Assembly: GCA_965648905.1 (NCBI GenBank)
Contig: CBFGIT010000011.1
Coordinates: forward strand, 1-64,000
Source of the DNA: a candidate division WOR-3 bacterium
Lineage (GTDB): Bacteria; Hydrothermota; Tepidihabitantia; Tepidihabitantales; Tepidihabitantaceae
DNA: 64,000 bases
Reading direction: 5' to 3'
In this document: piece after piece, positions 18,787 through 27,577 of the stretch
How positions within the stretch are numbered: the stretch's first letter is position 1
How the letters are laid out: every line of letters begins with the position of its first letter
Made by a program: the position numbers and the translations under genes
The notes under the pieces: generated by a model
What the model was told of the DNA's origin: nothing
The model's database searches: none
Seen by the model: the letters and a program-made list of their open reading frames with translations, nothing else

Positions 18787-19680
18787 GTGCATTTCCTGCT
18801 GCTCAAGGTCGTCGCTGCGGTCGGCATGGGTGTCACACTCAAGCAGGCTGACACGAAGGGTATCGACCGTCTGCCGTTGATTCGCATCAACTATGCGGTC
18901 GCGGCCGTGCTCGCATTTCTGGCCGTGGTCGCAACCGGCGCACCGAGCATCTCCCGGCCCACGGCAATACTTGCGGTCGTCACCGGCGGGCTGTTCGTTG
19001 CCGGCCTGCTCTGCTGGACCCGAGCGATGCAGGCCGCCGGACTTGCGCTCTCGGTTGTGGTGATGCGCACCGCGATTGTCATCCCGCTCCTTGCCTCAGC
19101 TATTATCTGGCAGGAGCGACCCGGCCCGGTGCAGCTCACCGGCGCGGGCCTGGCATTGCTGGCGCTGGTGCTGGTGCTGTGGGATACCGCGCGACCGGCT
19201 GACGACAGTGACAGTGCTGCTGTACCTGGTGGCACACCGGCCAACCGACCATTCCATCTCTTGGGCAAGGCGTTCTGGCTTGCGGCGCTCTTTCTCGTTG
19301 ACGGGCTGGTGATGATTCCGGCCCAGGTCTTTCGCAAAGAACTGCCCCAGGCCGAGAATCTGCCGTTCCAGACCGTCATCTTCGTCTCGGCCTTCTTCGT
19401 TACCACCCTGCTCTACTACCTAGGCAGACCGCGTGTGACGCCAGGTTCGCTGCGACTTGGTGCACTCCTCGGCGCTGCCAACCTCGGCAACTACCTGTTC
19501 CTGGTGATGGCGCTTGCCTCCCTGCCTGGTGTCGTGGTCTTCCCGGTGATGGCTGCGGGCGAGGTCGGACTGGCCGCGCTGGCCGGCACACTCATCTGGC
19601 ACGAACGGGTCAGGCCCAGAGCATGGGCCGGCATCGCCCTGACGGTCATCGCGCTCATCCTGGTCCAGCTCGGCGCGTAG
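18787..19680 (+). CDS. DMT/EamA-family transporter
   Basis: About ten TM segments in two repeats, each ending ...IW(Q/H)ER....G..L. Confidence 0.8.
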   Translation: MHFLLLKVVAAVGMGVTLKQADTKGIDRLPLIRINYAVAAVLAFLAVVATGAPSISRPTAILAVVTGGLFVAGLLCWTRAMQAAGLALSVVVMRTAIVIPLLASAIIWQERPGPVQLTGAGLALLALVLVLWDTARPADDSDSAAVPGGTPANRPFHLLGKAFWLAALFLVDGLVMIPAQVFRKELPQAENLPFQTVIFVSAFFVTTLLYYLGRPRVTPGSLRLGALLGAANLGNYLFLVMALASLPGVVVFPVMAAGEVGLAALAGTLIWHERVRPRAWAGIALTVIALILVQLGA

Positions 19681-19729
19681 CCGACCGCCCTCAGTTCTCC
19701 GACATCCTGCCTCCGGCCTTCTGCCCGGC

Positions 19730-20842
19730 CTACTTCGTCTTCTTCGGCTGGGGTCGGACCGCAGGCTTGGCTGCTGCCCGGGGCAGCGGTTCGGGCGCGG
19801 GATGCTTCGCGGGCTCGCGCAGCATGCGCTTCAGTCGGCGCATCACCTTGGGTGCGTGTTTGGGATTGGCACTCGCCCACGCCTTGACGTCTTCATCGTC
19901 GAGCACAATCCGGCCGACAAACGCATCCGCCTGGATTGCCCGGTTGAACTCCTCGAGCGCCTGGTCAATGAGTCCCTGGTCAAGACGCACGACCGCGGCG
20001 AGCAGTCGGGCTGCGCCCCGGGCCTTGGGCCCGAGTTCCGGCAGCGCCTCAATCTGGGTTGCGTCATCGAGCGCCTCGTCAAACCGACCGAGCCTCAGGT
20101 TGGCGACCGCCCGATTGTGCCTGACCCGGAACCGAAGCCGCACATCAACATCATCCCGCTTCTGGGTGGCGTCGAGCCAGCGCGAGTAAGCGGCAACTGC
20201 TGCGGCGTAGTCGCGCAGGGCAAAGGCATCATCACCCGCTCTCAGGCTGTCAAGCGCCTGGACATAGTCAAGGGTCTTGCCCGCCCGGGCCAGGCAGGTC
20301 TCGGCCTGGCCGCGCACCGCGGCCACCGCCTTCAGGCCTTCGGCCACTTCGCCGGAGTGGGTATCGAGGTTCGCGAGCTCCCGGTTCAGCTTCGCGGCCT
20401 TGCCGTCAAGCTCGTCGAGGCGCTGCCGCGCGACAACGAGGTCGTTCTCAAGCCGGCTGATGTCGGCCTCGGTCGGGCCGGCATGAGGAGCGTTGCGCAG
20501 GGCGGCGATTTCAGCCCGGGCCTGGGCCAGTGCCTGCTCGTTCTCGGTCGTCTTGCGCTTGGCCCGCAGCAGTTCGTCGCTCAGGTCATTGAACCGCTTG
20601 TCCCAGACCGCGCGGACGTTCTCAATCTCGGACAGGCGCGAACCATAGACCCAGATCCGCCAGGCGGCGACGAGCACCGCCAGAATCAGCACGACGATGA
20701 CAACCAGGAACCACCGGGACAGGTTCCGGTTGGTGATGTCAAGCGCCTTGAGTGCCGCATCGTAGCCGGGAAACTCGGTCGGCTGAGCGCTGGCTGCGGC
20801 GACCAGGGTCAGAACGAGAATTGCCAGAGTAGTCTTTTGCAC
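19730..20842 (-). CDS. Membrane-anchored coiled-coil and TPR protein
   Basis: Signal peptide, TM segment, heptad-rich region, TPR motifs (HNRAVANLRLGRFDEALDD, ALEEFNRAI). Confidence 0.7.
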   Translation of the reverse strand: MQKTTLAILVLTLVAAASAQPTEFPGYDAALKALDITNRNLSRWFLVVIVVLILAVLVAAWRIWVYGSRLSEIENVRAVWDKRFNDLSDELLRAKRKTTENEQALAQARAEIAALRNAPHAGPTEADISRLENDLVVARQRLDELDGKAAKLNRELANLDTHSGEVAEGLKAVAAVRGQAETCLARAGKTLDYVQALDSLRAGDDAFALRDYAAAVAAYSRWLDATQKRDDVDVRLRFRVRHNRAVANLRLGRFDEALDDATQIEALPELGPKARGAARLLAAVVRLDQGLIDQALEEFNRAIQADAFVGRIVLDDEDVKAWASANPKHAPKVMRRLKRMLREPAKHPAPEPLPRAAAKPAVRPQPKKTK

Positions 20843-20943
20843 GTTGCCTCTTTTCAGGCTGTGCCATTATTGCCTGATTCCGGCCCGAGTCAAGAAAGAA
20901 CCCACCCGGACATGTCCGGGTGGGGTAAGAAAGGAGACTCCGG

Positions 20944-22107
20944 CTAGCGGCCGATGACGACTTTCTCCGGCCTTGACACGGTCCCCGGACAGACGAAGTA
21001 GACGCCCGGGGCCAGGCGTGATACGTCGTTTGCGCCGGGCGCAAGCGCCATCACCTGCCGACCCTCGGCCGTGATGAGCGAAGCATGCTGAGTCATGAAC
21101 GAGGCCGGCAGCCGCAGCGCGCCGCGGACAATCGTCGGCTCGGACCGGCGGCCTAAGGCCTGTGGGCAGGCGCGTTCCTCAACCGCGGTGACCGGCGAGC
21201 CGCGGAACAGCTCGACCAGGCCGTCGAACGCGCTGATGAGGAAATCCGGTGTGCCGTCGTTGTTCCAGTCTCCGAACCCGCAGCGCGAGCCGTAGTAGCT
21301 GCCCGATGCCCGGGTCGGAATGCCGTCGACAGTCTTAAGGGTCTCTTCCGCGGCCAGAACCGGGTCAGCATTTGTCCCGATGTTGCGGTAGAACCGCACA
21401 TATCCGTCGTTCGCGCCGCAGATGAGGTCATGCACTCCGTCCTGGTCCAGGTCAAACACATACGGGTTGACCCGGTACAGGTAGATGGGCTGACCATCGG
21501 CAACGACGTTCGTGAAATCCTGAAACATCGGCCAGGTGTCGCTCGTCTGGTTCGGGTAGAACCGGATGTAGCCGGTCTCGGTTCCAAGCAGCAGGTCCTT
21601 CATGCCGTCGCCGTTCCAGTCCGCGACCGTGGGCTGGCTGTTGCTGCCGACGTCGAGCACGGTCGAGTCCATCAACTTGTACTGGTAGTATGCAGTCAGC
21701 TCATCACCCGAGCGGATGAAGACATTGAAGTACCCCTCCCGGTCGCCCGAGACGATGTCCCATTCTCCGTCGGAGTTCCAGTCCACAACCTGTGGACAAG
21801 ATCCGACGCATCAACCTGATGGCAGGGTTATCTGCGAGCCGCTGGCGTAGAGGTATTCGAACCCGTTGAACACCGGTGCTGAGTCCGGCCCGCGATTGGG
21901 GTAGAACCTGATGTAGCCGCCGGTGAACTGGCCGCACACCAGGTCCTTGGCACCGTCTAAGTTCCAGTCGAACATCACCGGTGCACCGTACCAGGTGACG
22001 TCGATGGGCACACCGGCATCACAGATGGTATCCGGGCCGGTGAACCGCGGCGTCTCCGCGGCAAGTGGCAGGACCGCGGCAAGCACAAGCAGTACTAAGA
22101 AGCGCAC
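20944..22107 (-). CDS. Secreted FG-GAP/VCBS-repeat protein with in-frame TGA (predicted selenocysteine at residue 99) and T9SS-like tail
   Basis: ORFs 21811..22230 and 20944..21786 share one frame and are separated only by TGA (21813-21811) plus 8 sense codons (CVGSCPQV); GTG start with AAAGGAGA RBS; five D(W/L)(N/D).DG..D repeats; SECIS-like hairpin after the TGA. Confidence 0.75.
21765..21813 (-). promoter_or_regulatory. Candidate bacterial SECIS element
   Basis: TGA TG CGTCGGA TCTT GTCCACA GGT TGTGGAC TGGAAC TCCGACG: two perfect 7-bp stems, G-first apical loop about 20 nt after UGA. Confidence 0.75.
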
Positions 22108-22230
22108 AGTATCTCCTTTCGTTCGCTCCGCTGCCAGAGATGTTACTGCCGAACCAGCCCCGTTGTCAAGGTTGGAGAGAGGACGAAGGAAAGGAGCGGA
22201 GGCGTGGAGCGCGCGGGGCGCGCCAGTCAA

Positions 22231-22314
22231 AGGTCAAGTTGCAAAGAGCGAGGGTCAAAGGCCAAATCGCCGGGCAGTCCGGCATCTTGACTTCTGCAAT
22301 CTGCCTTCTGACCT
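22231..22314. repeat. Intergenic imperfect palindrome with 7-bp-period arms (REP-like)
   Basis: aggtcaa gttgcaa agagcga gggtcaa aggccaa ... gccgggcagtccggc ... ttgactt ctgcaat ctgcctt ctgacct. Confidence 0.65.
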
Positions 22315-22459
22315 GGCGCCGCAGGCGCTCCACAGCCTCGGCCACGACAGCGTGATACGCCCAGGTCTGCGCGTGTCAGGAAGTTCCTGAAAGTCCAAGG
22401 GTAGAGTCTTGGCGCCGACAGGACCGGCTTGTGCCCGCACAGTGCCAGGCCCAAAGGCT

Positions 22460-22834
22460 CCTGTCAGCGCCGCAGAAATCCGCAGCAGTTCACGCGGTCT
22501 GCGTAGTCAGAATCGCCGCCGCTGCGCAGCGCGTGGTTGCTGCCCAACATGCGGTCAGAACACCGTCTGCCCAATTGCCTTTCCACCAGCAGGCTCTCCG
22601 CCCAGGGAAGTACGGCTATACGGTTGGATACTATCGGTCGTACTATCTCCGAATCTACTGCCGGACGTAATGGCAGTAGTAGCTGCCGTACTCCCCTGGG
22701 GCATGCCCCCGGGTCTACCCGCCCATGGCCCGGGGCTAGCCCCATGGTTACTACCTTGGCAATAGTCAGGTGGTCTGTAAGCGGTACGCCCTGGTGGTGA
22801 TAGTGCCCGTTTACTTCGTGTATGCCCGCTTGGT
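22460..22834. repeat. Degenerate 12-bp-period tandem tract C
   Basis: From 22623: gttggatactat cggtcgtactat ctccgaatctac tgccggacgtaa tggcagtagtag ctgccgtactcc cctggggcatgc ccccgggtctac ... catggttactac; left boundary approximate. Confidence 0.65.
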
Positions 22835-22861
22835 CTAGCGCCGCACAGCCTGAGGAGTTAC
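22835..22861. promoter_or_regulatory. Degenerate 27-bp site bounding tract C
   Basis: Reverse complement GTAACTCCTCA-GGCTG-TGCGGCGCTAG; left arm is 10/11 identical to the 56261 site GTAACCCCTCA. Confidence 0.5.
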
Positions 22862-23047
22862 GGCGCGCGTCTAGGATTGGTGGCTTTGCCGGACGCTTGG
22901 CCTTGCACTGGGTGAATCGCGCTGCTATACTCTTTGTGGCTGCTTCGGTTGTGTGTGCGTGGCGTGCGCGCCGCGCAAGCGGTGCGCGTCCGCTTTCAAC
23001 CGAACCCGAAGCCGCTGGACCGCGGGAGCAGCAGAAAGGACAGAACA

Positions 23048-23346
23048 ATGCCCGGAAGAGTCAGAGACAACATCGACCGTCAGTTCAAGTACACGGCCAA
23101 GACCAAGCCGGAACGGATAAAGCAGACCAGCGATGACGTCCGCGAGTATGCTCTGGCCCGGCATCAGGCGCGTCAGACCGAGCTTGCGGGCTTTGAAGTC
23201 CAGGCCAAGGAGGCAATCGACAACTCCGGTATCCCCTCGGCCCTGTACGTCAGCTACCTCAACTACTGCTCGCCAAGTGGAAGGTACGCGGCCTCGACGA
23301 GGACGTAATGAGGTTCCTCCGCTTCGGGCTGATAAACGTGAAGTAG
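23048..23346 (+). pseudogene. SIRV2-type (Adnaviria) capsid-protein-like gene with internal deletion and frameshift
   Basis: AAGGA RBS and ATG 23048; frame 1 MPGRVRDNIDRQFKYTAKTKPERIK...NSGIPSALYVSYLNYC; -1 frame from 23266 reads LLAKWKVRGLDEDVMRFLRFGLINVK* (TAG 23344-23346); by-eye alignment to the SIRV2 coat protein. Confidence 0.55.
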
Positions 23347-23436
23347 CCCCACGCACGGCAAACATTCAGGTCGAGATCCGGGATCGGGGATTGCGGTGTC
23401 AGGGAACCGGAGACAGAGAGTTCCCGGGCGCGCCGG

Positions 23437-25299
23437 TCAGTCCAGCGCGACCTTGACCACTCTTGGTTCCAGGCCTGCCGGCAGCAGCACGAAGTAGACC
23501 CCGGGCGGAAGGTGGCGGACGTCGTTCGGGCCGGGCGCGAGCACCATCACTTTGCGGCCCGCAGCGTCGAGCAGAGCTGGTCTGGGGACACAATCCCAAA
23601 CGTCGGACGTTTGGGTGATGTCCCTTGTCAGCCAGAGCACGCCGCGGACAATGGACGCATTCGTCATTCGGACTTCGGCCTTGGTCCTTTCCGCGATGCC
23701 CGTGCTCGGGCTGAAGCTCAAGTCGTCCCAGAAGTCATGGCCGCCGCGGCCTTCGAGCCAGAGACAAAGCCGGGCAAACTTTGTGTTGGCCGGCGCTTGT
23801 GCGATGCCGGTGGTCAGGTAGCGCCAGCCTGCACTGTCTGTGGCCAGCACGCCTGACGCGGCACTGCCCAGCACGTTGTACGCTGAGTCGTGCCACTGTA
23901 TCAGGAGCTTTGCCCGGTTGTTCCTGCCGTCGTTCTTGTACGACCAGCCCGAGAACTCATAGCTTTCGCCGGGCAGTACCAGCACGTCCTGAAACAGCTT
24001 TGACTCGACCGGCCAGGCTGCGCCCAGCGAGTCCGGGATGTGGCAGATGCTGGACCCGCCCGAGCGGACCAGTGCGGTCTCGCGCCGGTATTTGGCCTTG
24101 CGGCCCTCATACCAGCCGACCGGGTTGGCTGATGTGTCAGACGGCACTGCCAGCGTATCAAGCTGCCAGGTCTCGGCGTCGCCATTGGTGAAGCTCGGAT
24201 TGGGCCGGTTGAAGCTCTCGCGCAGTGCAGCCCAGAGCTCGGTGCGCGCAGCGTCGTAGCCCAAAGCCCACATCCCGGTCCCAAGCATGTTCTGCTCGTG
24301 CACTTTGCGATACCGGAGCACAAGGCTTGTGTCGTCGTCGAACCAGCACTGGTACCAGCCGCCACTGTTGAACGCATACCAGGGCGACTGGCCCTCACTG
24401 TTCCAGCGGTAGCCGTGGGTCTGGGCCAGCCCGGCCGCGTCGCGGAAGTGCATTGCTGAACCCGGCCCGGTGGTGCGCGAGCGGACCGTGTCGGCATAGG
24501 TCGGCCACTGATACCCGTAGTAAGGCAGGCCGAACCAGACATCGCGCATGTGGCCAATCTGTCCCAGGTAGTGGTCTATTGCCATCTGCAGGTTGCCGTA
24601 GAAGGTCCAGCCGGAAAGCGGCGCAACCGGCCCGGCCTCAGGACCACCCATCCAGTGGAAATCATAGCCCATCAAGAACAAGCCGTCGGTCGTGTCCGCC
24701 AGGGCGCGAAGGTCGTAGGCGTTGTCCTGATTCAGAGGCGGCGTGGCCAGGGTCAGGTCCAGGCCGGCGGCCCGACAGGCCGCGGACATCCGCTGGACAA
24801 ACAGGGTGAACGTGTCGCGGTCCCCATACCACAGCCCTTCGAAATCGAGGTTGATGCCGTCAACCCCGGATGAGCAGGCCAGGGCGATAAGGTTGGGAAT
24901 CGATGACGGTGCGCGGATAGCGCCGTGGATATTGGCCCAGTCAAAGCAGGTCGCGACCATCTCGACCTTGACGCCGTTGCGGTGGGCACGGTCGATGACG
25001 GCGGCCCAGTGGCGCGGGAAGTTGTTCGGGTTGGAGATGGAGCCGTCCGGGTTGAGCGTCACGTCGAACAGGCCGATGCGGTCGAGCAGGTCGTAGTGGA
25101 GCCAGCGCATGTCAACCCAGTACGGCGAATAGCCGTAGATTGAGCGGGTAAGACTGGTCTCAGGCCGGGGAACAAGTGGAGCAGGCCGGCCTGAGAATGG
25201 TTCGGGCCGCACGGGCCGGCCCCGGTGCATTTCGGCATGGTCCTGGTGTCCGGCCAGCGCAACCGTGCAGATGAGCAGCAGACTGATGGAGCGGAGCAT
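23437..25299 (-). CDS. Secreted GH18 glycoside hydrolase with CBM4-9-like domain and T9SS-like tail
   Basis: DGINLDFE catalytic motif, FLMGYDFHW, GLPYYG, G.GMWALGYD; FTNGDAE...FWDDLSF domain; tail LLDAAGRKV..L.PGPNDV. Confidence 0.85.
   Translation of the reverse strand: MLRSISLLLICTVALAGHQDHAEMHRGRPVRPEPFSGRPAPLVPRPETSLTRSIYGYSPYWVDMRWLHYDLLDRIGLFDVTLNPDGSISNPNNFPRHWAAVIDRAHRNGVKVEMVATCFDWANIHGAIRAPSSIPNLIALACSSGVDGINLDFEGLWYGDRDTFTLFVQRMSAACRAAGLDLTLATPPLNQDNAYDLRALADTTDGLFLMGYDFHWMGGPEAGPVAPLSGWTFYGNLQMAIDHYLGQIGHMRDVWFGLPYYGYQWPTYADTVRSRTTGPGSAMHFRDAAGLAQTHGYRWNSEGQSPWYAFNSGGWYQCWFDDDTSLVLRYRKVHEQNMLGTGMWALGYDAARTELWAALRESFNRPNPSFTNGDAETWQLDTLAVPSDTSANPVGWYEGRKAKYRRETALVRSGGSSICHIPDSLGAAWPVESKLFQDVLVLPGESYEFSGWSYKNDGRNNRAKLLIQWHDSAYNVLGSAASGVLATDSAGWRYLTTGIAQAPANTKFARLCLWLEGRGGHDFWDDLSFSPSTGIAERTKAEVRMTNASIVRGVLWLTRDITQTSDVWDCVPRPALLDAAGRKVMVLAPGPNDVRHLPPGVYFVLLPAGLEPRVVKVALD
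23585..23624. repeat. GGGACA...TGTCCC palindromic element inserted in the coding tail
   Basis: GGGACACAATCCCAAACGTCGGACGTTTGGGTGATGTCCC; relatives at 27537 and 49282. Confidence 0.75.
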
Positions 25300-25489
25300 C
25301 AGGACATTCTACCGGCAACACGCCCACCGCGCAAAGCTGCGTCCTTGCCCTTGACTGCGAGATGGAACCGCAGAGAGTGCCGCGCAACGGGCAAGGTCAG
25401 AAGTCGGGCTGCTGAAGGCTGAAGCAGACAGGCCGCGCAGCAGATGTGCTCGATTGTCGAGTATTCTGTCAGGTGGAGCTGCTCTGGAG

Positions 25490-26359
25490 TCAGGCGGTGC
25501 CGGCCAGGGCGTATTCGGTCAGGCTGAAGTCGCAGCCTTCGTCAACCAGCACTGCGGCCGCAACCCAGCGCCCGCCTGGCGCATCGGGCAGGACGAGTTC
25601 GAGCTGGTTGTTGCCGCCTTCGCCGGCAACACCAAGGTGCTCCTTGACCGAGAAAGGCCAGGCATACTGCGGCGTGCCGAGCAGTCTGAATTCCGGCTCC
25701 TCGCCCCTGGGCCAGGCGAGTATGTAGACGCGGCAGAGCCCGCTTCGGGCCATCTGCCAGTCGTAGTCGAGCAGAAGACGATTGAGTGGCCCGCGCAGGA
25801 ACGGAGCCCGGCAGAACAGCCAGGGTGCGACCGCGTCCGTCTTTGGCGCGGTTCGCTCGGGTCGGCCCGAGGCAATCGGGATGTAGAGTCCGGTTGCAGC
25901 CTGGTAGCCGCACGAAGGAGCCGGTTCTTCCGGGCGGCGCGAGGTGATGGTTATCTCGATTTGGGGCTGGTTGGTTCCCGCTTCGGCTTCCTGCTGACGA
26001 ACCTCACACAGCCACTCGTCATAGTCGCGTTCGCCCTTGGATTCGGCGTGGCGAGCGCACATCGGTACCAGGTTGTCGACTGAGGTCCGACCGCCGAGTG
26101 TCAGCGGTCGGCGGTGGACTAAGGTCGCTCGTTCGTGGTAGCAGCTTGGCACGGCGCATACGGTCCCGCGCAGCGCGGTGACTGCCTCTTCAATCTCCGG
26201 CGGCCAGGACGGCGTATCAACATAGGCATAGTGGTCTTCGTGAGGTGTCGGCGGGTAGTGGTTGGCGCCGCAGCTCGGGCAGACCAGTTCCTTCTCCAGC
26301 CATTCCCAGGTAACGCTGGTTTCCCGGCCGCACTCGGGGCAGTTGTAATGCCACATCAT
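25490..26359 (-). CDS. Zn-ribbon plus HNH-like domain protein
   Basis: CPECG...CPSCG; CAVPSC...TLVHRRPLTLGGRTSVDNLVPMCARH; GAGGAGG RBS. Confidence 0.7.
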   Translation of the reverse strand: MMWHYNCPECGRETSVTWEWLEKELVCPSCGANHYPPTPHEDHYAYVDTPSWPPEIEEAVTALRGTVCAVPSCYHERATLVHRRPLTLGGRTSVDNLVPMCARHAESKGERDYDEWLCEVRQQEAEAGTNQPQIEITITSRRPEEPAPSCGYQAATGLYIPIASGRPERTAPKTDAVAPWLFCRAPFLRGPLNRLLLDYDWQMARSGLCRVYILAWPRGEEPEFRLLGTPQYAWPFSVKEHLGVAGEGGNNQLELVLPDAPGGRWVAAAVLVDEGCDFSLTEYALAGTA

Positions 26360-26467
26360 GCGCCCCTCCTCTCTTGGGCGCCCCGGACTAAGAACCGGAA
26401 TCGCTTTCGCACAGTTACCTCGAATGACATAATGGCAGCAATTGGGCTGAAGTCAAGCCCGGCGAGT

Positions 26468-27523
26468 TCAGGCAGGAGGTGCTGGTTGTAGTTCCTCGAA
26501 AGGGAGGCCGCGGCGCTGGTGCCAGGCCGGCACGTCGCCGAAGTAGTCGGCTATTTCGGCGTGTTCCTGGTCGGTGAGGAGGCTAATTTGGCGGGGAATT
26601 CGGTCAGAGAGGGCGGCGTCGCGGTTGGTGAGAGAGAAAAGCCTGACCCCGGCCTGTTCGAGTTCGAAGCTGCCGTGTTGCTGGCGGTCAAAGAGGACGA
26701 GGCAGGAGTCGATCTCCCCACCCCAGGCGCGGATCTGGTGTATGACCCGGGTCTTGGTCCAGCCGTGAACCATCGTATCATCGACCAGCAGGACCCGCTT
26801 GCGGAAGAGCTCGTGGTTCCTGATGCCTTCGAACGGGCTGGCTTCGGGATAGCGCTGTTCGCGTCGGGCGAAGAACATCGGCCGGGCGAGCTTCTGAGCG
26901 AGCAGGGCGGCAATCGCGATTGAGCCGGCTTCGATACCACAGATGAGATGGAAGTCGAGGTTGCGAATAAGCAGGGCGGCTGAGGCGATGATGAAGTCGT
27001 TCGCTTCCGGGTAGTTGGAGAGGCCTTTGACATCGATGTAGATTGGGCTGTAGTTGCGTCCGGCGTCGACACGATACAGGGGCCGAAGGTCACCCATGCT
27101 CACTTTGATGGCGCCGATCTGCCAGAGCACGGCGGCGACGGTCTCGGCAAGGTTCCCGGACATGAGGCTGCGAATCTGCTCCAAGTCGGGCCGGATAATC
27201 CGTTGTTCGCGCAGGAGCCGATAGAACTTGGTCGCCTCGGCCGGTTCCAGCTCGAGCGCAAGCCGGGTCTGGTCGAGGTCATAGATGACGTGGAATCTTC
27301 CCAGCTCTCGGGTCGGGCCGAGCAGGGGATAGGTCTCGGCGTTGGATTCGCGCTGCCGCGGGCCGAGGGCCTTGGCCGACGGGTTGATGAGTCGGGCGTA
27401 GGTCCGGAAAAGGTCGTCGGCGAGTGCCGCGACTTCTTCGTATTCGAGGATGTATGGTGTGGTAGCGCGGACAACCGGGCCGGCACACTCAATTTCCCGC
27501 AATGGAACCTGTTTGAGTTTCAT
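26468..27523 (-). CDS. pyrE: Orotate phosphoribosyltransferase with an N-terminal extension of about 120 aa
   Basis: AGRNYSPIYIDV, ICGIEAGSIAIA, PRPP loop VLLVDDTMVHGWT, LVLFDR. Confidence 0.75.
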   Translation of the reverse strand: MKLKQVPLREIECAGPVVRATTPYILEYEEVAALADDLFRTYARLINPSAKALGPRQRESNAETYPLLGPTRELGRFHVIYDLDQTRLALELEPAEATKFYRLLREQRIIRPDLEQIRSLMSGNLAETVAAVLWQIGAIKVSMGDLRPLYRVDAGRNYSPIYIDVKGLSNYPEANDFIIASAALLIRNLDFHLICGIEAGSIAIAALLAQKLARPMFFARREQRYPEASPFEGIRNHELFRKRVLLVDDTMVHGWTKTRVIHQIRAWGGEIDSCLVLFDRQQHGSFELEQAGVRLFSLTNRDAALSDRIPRQISLLTDQEHAEIADYFGDVPAWHQRRGLPFEELQPAPPA

Positions 27524-27536
27524 CGCCGGCGGGCCG

Positions 27537-27577
27537 AGGACACTCCCGAATCCGAGAGTGAAGTCGGGCTATGTCCC
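27537..27577. repeat. GGGACA...TGTCC palindromic element overlapping the coaE stop codon
   Basis: Minus strand GGGACATAGCCCGACTTCACTCTCGGATTCGGGAGTGTCCT. Confidence 0.7.

Noticed and set aside
22460..22834. Possible CRISPR array in the periodic tracts
   Set aside because: No conserved 23-47 bp repeat alternating with spacers, and no cas genes.
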